From an uncultured virus (IMG/VR IMGVR_UViG_3300037585_005926) (Duplodnaviria; Heunggongvirae; Uroviricota; Caudoviricetes): a stretch of DNA of 64,000 nucleotides. A model generated the notes under the pieces. That model ran no database searches. It worked only from the letters and a program-made list of their open reading frames with translations, and was not told the DNA's origin. Location of the stretch: positions 1 through 64,000 of IMG/VR virus record IMGVR_UViG_3300037585_005926; one strand, given 5' to 3'. Shown here piece after piece: positions 56,236 to 64,000 of this stretch (position 1 is the first letter of the stretch; every line of letters starts with the position of its first letter). Position numbers and translations under genes: made by a program.

Positions 56236-57231
56236 ATGAAAAAAATATATGATAATAAGCGCAACCGCAAAGACGGTGGTCTTGGTGATGCAACAACACA
56301 AGAAAAGGCTGACGCTGGATTAGGATATACTTATTCTAGCAATGGGCTATTTCATACAGCAATACCTCTGCGGACGTTATCCTACAAATCAGCCCCCAAC
56401 GAACAGGTTATCAACCAAGCCGGTTCATACATTGTTTTAGGAACAGACCGTCCTGATAGTGCAGCATCTGGTTATGGCGCCATTGGTTCCAACATTGCAA
56501 ACTCTATTGACTTGGTTGTCGGAAGAATGTCAAGCGCGAATGGTGGCGACGGCCCTCCCGGCCAAGGAGAGGGTACCGCACAGACTGACAACTCATTTTT
56601 TGCTGACGCCGCAAGAATACATATAAGCCAACTGACCGATATTGATAAAAACTTTGGGCTCGCTAGCGGATTTGCAGATCCCAATCGCGGCCGATCGGGC
56701 ATCGGCTTAAAAGCAGATGCAATTAGAGTCATTGGCCGAGAGGGTGTCAAAATAATAACAGGAGAGGCTGATAGCGTCGAGGGCTACGCATTATCCGGAG
56801 AGACAAACTCTTTAGGCGGCAAGATTGTCAAGCAGGCCCCACAGATTGATTTAGTGGCTGGCAATATCAACAGCAGCTATATTACATTTGGCGGGATCCT
56901 CCACCCACTTGAAAACATCAATAACTTACAGCCAGCCGTCCGCGGAGAACTCGCTCGTGATGCTTTTATTGAACTCAGTGACATTCTTGGCGATCTATGG
57001 TCATCATTGTATGTCACGTCATTAGTACAAGTAATATTCAATGCTATTTTAGGCATCTCTTTTATGGAGCCATGGCGCGCCGGCGCCTCGTCTGCAATAG
57101 TCTCAGCGCAGTTGAACTGGGTTATGAATACGATGTATCATGTTAGAATCAACAAAGACAACTGGGAGTTTAATTACTGCAATCCCGGCGGTTATAAGTA
57201 TATCTGTAGCAGAAACGTTAACATAACGTAA
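56236..57231 (+). CDS. putative baseplate spike/hub protein
   Basis: Beta-strand repeats (YIVLG, SIDLVVG, IGLKADAIRVIGREGVKI); lies between the lysozyme and gp25-like genes; ATAAATA at 56187. Confidence 0.55.
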   Translation: MKKIYDNKRNRKDGGLGDATTQEKADAGLGYTYSSNGLFHTAIPLRTLSYKSAPNEQVINQAGSYIVLGTDRPDSAASGYGAIGSNIANSIDLVVGRMSSANGGDGPPGQGEGTAQTDNSFFADAARIHISQLTDIDKNFGLASGFADPNRGRSGIGLKADAIRVIGREGVKIITGEADSVEGYALSGETNSLGGKIVKQAPQIDLVAGNINSSYITFGGILHPLENINNLQPAVRGELARDAFIELSDILGDLWSSLYVTSLVQVIFNAILGISFMEPWRAGASSAIVSAQLNWVMNTMYHVRINKDNWEFNYCNPGGYKYICSRNVNIT

Positions 57232-57244
57232 AGGAAATAGTGGT

Positions 57245-60200
57245 ATGGCTAAAAGTCGTGTAGATAAAACAATGGTTCCGATACCGGAAAGAATGCCCAA
57301 AGATGGCACCTCTCCGTATCTAAAATTTCAAGATAAGAACGGAGATGGCTTACCGGATGTCTGTGACGTTTCGGTATCTCCTGGAAAAGTATGCTTGGAC
57401 TGTGTCCCCAACCCGTACGCGATCAACAGTAACTGGCGTGACCGCAGCCAGACGGATCCTATACTAAACGAGAAGAATTGTAAATACCAAATCACCTTTG
57501 TGACACCAGAAACCACAACTGGATACACAGAAGGTATGACTGACGAGGAAGCTGACGAGGCTCTGAAAGAAAAGTTCGAGAAGTACGGCCGCGATGCGAT
57601 TCAAATGATGCTAGAAGAGTTTCAAAAAGATGATTCTTTTGCAACTGTAGAGAACGTGCTCAAGGTAACAGAGTTTACTGACTTTCATTTAGAACCACGG
57701 CAAGGTTCACGATTGAAGCTTCTCTATTCAGTGGACTTCTCAACAGTGTTTGGGCTCCCCGAGATACAACTTGATGACGGCGAGCCAGAAGAAGTAGAAA
57801 AAGACGATATAAAGGTCAAGTTTACTACGGCCGAAATGACGCCCATGAATATCAGAGTCAGAAAGGGACTCAATTTATACAACAGATATTTGAAAGTGTT
57901 TACGGGAACGCAAGGCGGCCATCTAAAGTTTAAAAAAGACGACAGGTATTTTGACCTTTCGGATTACGGAGATGATGGTCTTTTTGGGACATCAGCGCTT
58001 GGAACACTGTACAGCGACTTAGACTCATGGCTTAGCAGCCGCGGCTTCACGATGTCAGTAAGTTTTTGGGACCTGTTCAGTTCAGACGAGCTTATGACTA
58101 AGCTGGTAATGGTCTTTGATGGCAATTACAACATTAAAAAAATGCAAGTATATACTGAGGGCTGCGGTGATCGGCCGGCTGCTACATATAAAAAGAATCG
58201 ATTAAGATCTTTACGCCGGCGAGGTAGCTGGAAAGACAAGACCGCAGTGGCATATTTCGCAAGAATGCAAGAAATGGACAGAGGCTTCAAGGCCCGACGC
58301 CCCAAGCCATGGATTGAGTTTCTCGAAGAGTTTACTTACCCTGAAATATATGCGTGGCAGCCTGAAGGCGATATAGGAGAACCTACAACATCAGCTTGTA
58401 TCCAGAACAATCTTGAGAATGAGTTTAAAGACTTGGGTCAGGATATCTTTGACGAAGTTTTCTCTATTGGAGATGCTGTTGCAAAGGCCTTCCATGATAA
58501 TCTGTGTCGCCTGGATCCAGACGAAGTAAAGAGAGATCTTGGAGAAATGGGCCTAAACCAGGGCGCCCCAGGCCTCTCGAATCCTCATAATATGCAAAGT
58601 AATGCGCGCATGCAGGCCTATTACAGGATTGACGAAAAAGATCCAATTTTTGTAAACATGTGCAAGAGAGCCATAATGTATAAGGGCTTCGGCGGAATGG
58701 GTATGGGCTCTCTAGATCAATTATACAAACATGGCCTCGGTCCTCTTAAATATTGTGGTCTGTATGATCTTATGTTCGAAGCGATTGAGTGCTTATTTAA
58801 AGGATTGACTTTGGCTGAAGCACTCGGCCGAATAATATTAACTGCTCTCAAGGCAATGGGAGTTCGAGATTTTGGAGTACTGTTTGTTGGCTTACCTCCT
58901 GAAAAACGCGCTGAACTCGATGCACTTGTCAAAAAGAATTTAAAATCTGGAAAAACGTTTGAAGCACTCGATGATAAATCGCCACGCGCTGAAGATGCAC
59001 CATTTTTTGGTGAAGTGAACTTTGTAAAACCGTGGGAAGACGAAGCATTTGTTGAGCACCAAGAAAAAACGAGTAGGCCCGACGCATTCGGTGCCCAGGT
59101 GCCTTCCAAGAATAAAGATATTAGCAATTACGACCCCACTGTACAGCGCCGCACTCTGGGCCAGCAACTAGCCGGCCCGTCTGCACAACAGAAGTCACAG
59201 CTAGATTCCCAGAAAGTGTTTGATGCATACATCCTCGCGCTAATCGAAGTGTATGAGGATAACTACCTAGCACTCCTCGACCATATGAGCGGCTTCCCGG
59301 GAGCGCAGTTGATTGCCGCTGTCATCGCACTGCTTGATTGTCCGCAGCCACCTTTATTTAATCCAGGTATTATGGACTTTGTCAAGAGTTTAGGCATGCC
59401 CTTCTGCAGAAATCAAGTTGATATTACTTCGATTAGAATGGAGAATCCATTTAGAATGTGGCCAAAGCTAGCTGATATTCTTGGGCTTCTTTTCTTCTTG
59501 CTAAAACAGGCTTTCTGGGCTCTTCTGGCAAAAATTCTTCTAGCAATTCTTGGCAAGATTTGTGAGATTATTGGTAACGCAATTTGCAAGGCTCTGGAAA
59601 CCGTAGGGGAAGTTGTAGCTGCGCTGCCCAGCGCTATCGCCGGCCGCACAAACTTGTTTGATGTCATTAGGGACACGATCTGTGGCCCCACTGTTAGCAA
59701 CGAACAAGTGGAGAACACAGTTGTTGAGATCGTGAACCAACTGGGTGTTGGTGGTGCTGCGCTAGCAGACCGCGATAGGGCGATTAGCTTCTTTGCAGAT
59801 TCAATGAACGCTATGACCAGACAGGAGGCGTTTGAAGCTATGCTCGATGGCCCATCCGCCATGGCGCTGGATATCATAGATGGCATTGTGGAGCACGATT
59901 ACCCAGAGTATCGCGAAGCTCTGCCAAACAAGTCATCGATATCTAAGTTTTACAAAAACGTAGGCCTATTGATGCCGGCAGAGTCAAGAAACGAGCTAAG
60001 GGATATATTGGAAGCCTTCCCAGAAGAACTAAATGCGCCAGTTAATCCTTCAATGTGTTCGACGCCAGAAGAGTTAGAATTATTCAATGAGAAGCGTTGT
60101 TCGTTATTGGAAGGACGCATGTCTCCGGCACAGTGTGAGGCACTCAACATGAGCGCCAAAGCGCAATTGTTAGAAGACCTAGACGATATTGGAAAGGTCA

Positions 60201-63200
60201 TACATGAGGGGATACCAAACATAGTAGAAGCCAACATGCCACCGTTCTTTTCTGATCCCGGCTGTGACAATGGCCTGATGCCGATTGAGCCAGAGCCTGC
60301 AAAAATAGTTGCAACGACTGCCCTTAAGGGAGAGATGGATAAAATCAAGCTTGCATATACTGAAGATATGCTTGGTGAAGGTGCATTCTTTTATCAACAA
60401 AAGAACTGGGGCCTCCTTAACATGGTACTCTCGGATACTTACGGAAATCCTTGGACTGTTCACCAAGACAAGGTCGCGTCCGGCGCACGCTGGGTCGACT
60501 ACTACGGAGAATTCTCTGAAAACGAGTTGACACCAGCGCCATCGGTCCCCGCTAATCCGTTTATGTTACCAGTATGGATGGTGCAACTCATAGTATGGAT
60601 TACAATACTACCGCTAGAAGTAGTAATCAACTTTATGATTGGACTGTTTGCCGGTGAAGCCCGCGGCGCATATCCGCAATATGTTGCTGGCTGGCTCCGC
60701 GGACAGTTTTTGCCCGAAACCACACCATATCAAACCCAAGGAACTTCCACAAGTGTGTCCAAACCAAACGGCACCTACATCGCAGATTTGCGGGGCCCCA
60801 TGGGAGAAATTGGGTTTAACAGCACAAACGACAAAAGAAAGACAAAGCGGTGGAGCAAATCTTTCAGTGATTTAGGATTTGTTGGATTTCTGTGGGATAC
60901 AGATGTTGAATTGGTGGACATGCCAAACCATGGCTATAATGCTGCCCACAGAGTGGACTTCGAAAATGACAGAGTAGTAATTACTCGTAAAGCCAGAAAA
61001 GATACAGCAGATGTCACTCTTAAATTTAAAGATAACGCTAAGGGCTACCGCGCTCGCGGCAGGTCTGACGAGGACTGGGCCTACGGCTTCAACCTCCGCG
61101 CATACTACTCAGATTTAATCAAGAAAGACGGCGCGTATGTAAACCGTCCGGACGATAATACCAGAGTGTCAGTCATTTCCATGGTTAATATGGCTGCAGA
61201 AACAGCCGCTTCGGCACTTGAGTTGGTTCCAGAAGAGGATCGCCCGGGGATGTTTGAAGATGAGCCCGCCATAATTAAAGATAGAAGATATGAGTTTCTT
61301 TCTGTAGACAACGGCCTTGACAACATAGACCTTATAAACTTTCCCGAGTTAGCAAAAACATTTGAGGGATACAAAAGTTATTCACCACCCGTTGCCGCTT
61401 TGCATGATTTAACCAATGGCGCCTTGTCAATTGATGCAGCAAGGGGTTTATATAACCGGGTTAATAAAGGCTTCTACAACACGTTTGCTGGAGAAATAGG
61501 AAACAATGACAAAGGTTGGCTCTTTGGCGCTGTTGCTGATCCGCTCACACGCTCAGACTTTGATTTAGGGGTCATATTGGACGCAGACTTGGCACGCGAT
61601 AACGATGACTACGGCGTAGGCGACTTTGTATCAGTGTATAAACTAAAAGTAAGAGATGACGACGGCGATCTTAACTTCGTCAGCAGCGAGGACGGAATTC
61701 TAGGAATCAGCAGAAATGAATATGATAATCTTGATAATCCTGAGAACACCAGAGTGTTCTATCTGGATCCTGGCAAGTATGGGGGAAGCTACATGTTCCC
61801 GCCTGTTTATACAAAGCCACTGCCTAACTCAGGCTGGACTGGCATGGTTGACCTGCTGTTCCCAGAAAGAAGCCCGTGTGACCCCAAGACTGACGGTATT
61901 GCTAACTTCTCGCAAATCAGTCAAATGATTGACACATACTATCCAAGAATCCCCGAAGACAAGAGGTTGCTGGGCGATGAAGACTGTATCTTAGAGGTAC
62001 CCTTTAATCGAATTTTAACCCGTCCATCAAAGGCTGCAATCCGCGGACTGGTCATGGCCGGCATCAAGACTTTTGCCAGTACTGGATTTGTAAAATCGAT
62101 AGCAACGTTTACAAAGTTTGCTCCTGACTTTGAGCACAACTACAGTAAGATATATGCAGGGTACATTGTGGAAGCTATGAAAGAGGCCATGATGTCAACA
62201 GGAGGCAATTTCCTCAATCCGTTTAACGATACAGAGTTCTGGTATGCCTATCTTGAACAGGCAGTGCAGATGTACTCAGATCGTCTAGACGATGAACTAG
62301 ACGAAACCTTTACGGCCAGCAACTGTCCTCAATCGGTCCAAGAAGCATTAGAAAAAATTAATAATATGCAATCAGGCTATAAGTACCCATTTGACTTCGA
62401 TGACTACAACAGCGAAGATTATGGCACCTTTGAATCCATGAAGAGCTTCAGAGAGAGTAAGAATCTAGAAGCAGTAAAGAAAGTTGAAAGCGAAGCCAAG
62501 ATTGTAATGCAAGAGTTGGTGTTAGAACAGCTTAAACTTCTTTCAGAGGTATTTACCAAGAATTGCTCCAGAGCAGGTTTCGATCCAGCAATCACAAATA
62601 TGAATTATTATTTCTTCAACAATTTTTGTAATGGTGGCGAAGGCCTACAGCTTCACGGCGAGTTCGTAGAGAAGCCTGCCGCGGGCTCCCTGCCATCTGA
62701 GGGAACCAATCTATATACGACCGGTGACATGTTGGCTCTTCCGAGCGGCATACCATATGTTGGAGAATATCATGTGCATAAAGATGTTGATGGTACCAGT
62801 ATCTACATGGCCGGCGCTGAACATTCTGAATTAGAAGAGCATGACAGGCTCATTCCCTTTGCCAATGTCATGGAAGTGTTTACAAAACAGAAAATAGATG
62901 GAATGGTGTCTGAAAGTCTATTGGGAGACATTGGCTCAAGCATCGGCGAAAAAACTTTCTATCTGAAAAAATATGTAAGCGTTGCCGGCGCCTCCATGAC
63001 GTCTGCAGCAGCAGAGGCGCAGATTCGCGGTAAAGGAAGCGGAAACTTATCGGATTATTACCCGGGCACACTAGAGCTTGTGCAGCCGCCTATACGCGGT
63101 AATGGTCGTGACCATGTGGGGACTGCCCCAGCGATTGGAATAACTGGTAATATTGGTGTCCAATATGTTTTAGAATTTGGTATTGCCGCCGGCGATTCTG

Positions 63201-63889
63201 TTGGTTCTCCAATCCCAATTGCAGAAGCAAGAATCGATGCCCTAGATCTGCCAGTGTCACAGTTTAAGGGGATTTCACCAAATAGCAAACTCTTACTCTG
63301 CTTGCTTAACAATCTTCAAGATGATACTAACTTCAGGCTCACGCTTGATTATATCTTCCCAATGAAGAAGGCGCTCTCAATGCTGGCGATTTATAACGAC
63401 CTAGGGCTCTTGCCCTCTGTGGGCGAATTAACAGTCGAAAAGGGAGATATGACTTCATCTTCCGAAAAAGAAAAACCTGGCGGCAGAATAACTGGCGCGG
63501 CCCTTGAGACTGTGACTTCGGCTGACGGTACTGAACACCAGAAGCTATCACTTAACTCAGCCTGGACAGCCGGCTGGGCATCTGAAGATGATAGAAACGG
63601 GTTCCTTAGTAGCTTCGGCTATCTAGATTGGGATGAATGGGATAAGCAGCCGCTTAGAAACACCACAAGAACAATCAAAGATATCTTCAAGATCTATTAT
63701 CGCGATCGTAAGTTTAATGTCCTAGAATCCTCGGGCCCCTCAATAGTGGATCAATTTACTGCCGGCATTGTAGAAAGATTTAGATTCAACCCAGCAATGA
63801 AGATTCTGCCTTGGTTCCAAAAATCTCAAGTCCGCGGAAATATATTTAACGCAGATGGCGCCGAGTGTTCCAAGAAAAATTCAAGTTGA
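57245..63889 (+). CDS. 2214-aa putative virion structural protein
   Basis: Very long ORF in the baseplate cluster; DKNGDGLPD Ca-binding-like motif; two hydrophobic segments. Confidence 0.7.
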   Translation: MAKSRVDKTMVPIPERMPKDGTSPYLKFQDKNGDGLPDVCDVSVSPGKVCLDCVPNPYAINSNWRDRSQTDPILNEKNCKYQITFVTPETTTGYTEGMTDEEADEALKEKFEKYGRDAIQMMLEEFQKDDSFATVENVLKVTEFTDFHLEPRQGSRLKLLYSVDFSTVFGLPEIQLDDGEPEEVEKDDIKVKFTTAEMTPMNIRVRKGLNLYNRYLKVFTGTQGGHLKFKKDDRYFDLSDYGDDGLFGTSALGTLYSDLDSWLSSRGFTMSVSFWDLFSSDELMTKLVMVFDGNYNIKKMQVYTEGCGDRPAATYKKNRLRSLRRRGSWKDKTAVAYFARMQEMDRGFKARRPKPWIEFLEEFTYPEIYAWQPEGDIGEPTTSACIQNNLENEFKDLGQDIFDEVFSIGDAVAKAFHDNLCRLDPDEVKRDLGEMGLNQGAPGLSNPHNMQSNARMQAYYRIDEKDPIFVNMCKRAIMYKGFGGMGMGSLDQLYKHGLGPLKYCGLYDLMFEAIECLFKGLTLAEALGRIILTALKAMGVRDFGVLFVGLPPEKRAELDALVKKNLKSGKTFEALDDKSPRAEDAPFFGEVNFVKPWEDEAFVEHQEKTSRPDAFGAQVPSKNKDISNYDPTVQRRTLGQQLAGPSAQQKSQLDSQKVFDAYILALIEVYEDNYLALLDHMSGFPGAQLIAAVIALLDCPQPPLFNPGIMDFVKSLGMPFCRNQVDITSIRMENPFRMWPKLADILGLLFFLLKQAFWALLAKILLAILGKICEIIGNAICKALETVGEVVAALPSAIAGRTNLFDVIRDTICGPTVSNEQVENTVVEIVNQLGVGGAALADRDRAISFFADSMNAMTRQEAFEAMLDGPSAMALDIIDGIVEHDYPEYREALPNKSSISKFYKNVGLLMPAESRNELRDILEAFPEELNAPVNPSMCSTPEELELFNEKRCSLLEGRMSPAQCEALNMSAKAQLLEDLDDIGKVIHEGIPNIVEANMPPFFSDPGCDNGLMPIEPEPAKIVATTALKGEMDKIKLAYTEDMLGEGAFFYQQKNWGLLNMVLSDTYGNPWTVHQDKVASGARWVDYYGEFSENELTPAPSVPANPFMLPVWMVQLIVWITILPLEVVINFMIGLFAGEARGAYPQYVAGWLRGQFLPETTPYQTQGTSTSVSKPNGTYIADLRGPMGEIGFNSTNDKRKTKRWSKSFSDLGFVGFLWDTDVELVDMPNHGYNAAHRVDFENDRVVITRKARKDTADVTLKFKDNAKGYRARGRSDEDWAYGFNLRAYYSDLIKKDGAYVNRPDDNTRVSVISMVNMAAETAASALELVPEEDRPGMFEDEPAIIKDRRYEFLSVDNGLDNIDLINFPELAKTFEGYKSYSPPVAALHDLTNGALSIDAARGLYNRVNKGFYNTFAGEIGNNDKGWLFGAVADPLTRSDFDLGVILDADLARDNDDYGVGDFVSVYKLKVRDDDGDLNFVSSEDGILGISRNEYDNLDNPENTRVFYLDPGKYGGSYMFPPVYTKPLPNSGWTGMVDLLFPERSPCDPKTDGIANFSQISQMIDTYYPRIPEDKRLLGDEDCILEVPFNRILTRPSKAAIRGLVMAGIKTFASTGFVKSIATFTKFAPDFEHNYSKIYAGYIVEAMKEAMMSTGGNFLNPFNDTEFWYAYLEQAVQMYSDRLDDELDETFTASNCPQSVQEALEKINNMQSGYKYPFDFDDYNSEDYGTFESMKSFRESKNLEAVKKVESEAKIVMQELVLEQLKLLSEVFTKNCSRAGFDPAITNMNYYFFNNFCNGGEGLQLHGEFVEKPAAGSLPSEGTNLYTTGDMLALPSGIPYVGEYHVHKDVDGTSIYMAGAEHSELEEHDRLIPFANVMEVFTKQKIDGMVSESLLGDIGSSIGEKTFYLKKYVSVAGASMTSAAAEAQIRGKGSGNLSDYYPGTLELVQPPIRGNGRDHVGTAPAIGITGNIGVQYVLEFGIAAGDSVGSPIPIAEARIDALDLPVSQFKGISPNSKLLLCLLNNLQDDTNFRLTLDYIFPMKKALSMLAIYNDLGLLPSVGELTVEKGDMTSSSEKEKPGGRITGAALETVTSADGTEHQKLSLNSAWTAGWASEDDRNGFLSSFGYLDWDEWDKQPLRNTTRTIKDIFKIYYRDRKFNVLESSGPSIVDQFTAGIVERFRFNPAMKILPWFQKSQVRGNIFNADGAECSKKNSS

Positions 63890-63930
63890 TTAAATAAGTT
63901 TAAGTGCTAAATACTTAATAAAGGAAAAAC

Positions 63931-64000
63931 ATGTCATCCCTCTCAGTTAAATTGCCGATTGCCAGAGATTCTGGTGATGGCTTTGAAATGATCAAAAGTT
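63931..64000 (+). CDS. partial gene, possibly gp25/GPW baseplate wedge
   Basis: MSSLSVKLPIARDSGDGFEMIKS after AAGGA and a TANWTA motif; truncated by the window edge. Confidence 0.4.
   Translation, partial: MSSLSVKLPIARDSGDGFEMIKS

Overview
The window looks like part of a large, T4-like (jumbo-type) myophage genome. All credible genes lie on the + strand and are densely packed. There is a gp55-like late sigma factor, PhoH, UvdE, three tRNAs, a tmRNA and baseplate/lysozyme genes, and no ribosomal or other core cellular genes. It divides into five regions. (i) 1-4.7 kb is an early region of small genes, organised in cassettes behind a repeated sigma70 promoter module that carries extra TGACA boxes at 11-bp spacing. 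(ii) 4.7-5.0 kb is a non-coding transition. (iii) 5-31.7 kb holds late and auxiliary genes: probable head-packaged proteins, envelope proteins resembling those of gliding predatory bacteria (a CglF/GltF-like protein, a vWA lipoprotein, a TlpA lipoprotein), the tmRNA, the tRNAs, uvdE and phoH. (iv) 31.7-53.1 kb is a ~21-kb glycan locus with 7-9 glycosyltransferase-like genes, a yersiniose-type branched-sugar module interrupted by panB, a sugar-phosphate-cyclase/aminotransferase module, and gmd/fcl. (v) 53-64 kb holds the late sigma factor and baseplate genes. The most notable candidates are the phage-borne gliding-motility-like genes, two unusual sugar pathways, the early promoter architecture and leaderless late transcripts. 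All protein calls come from motifs recognised by eye; no database searches were run.
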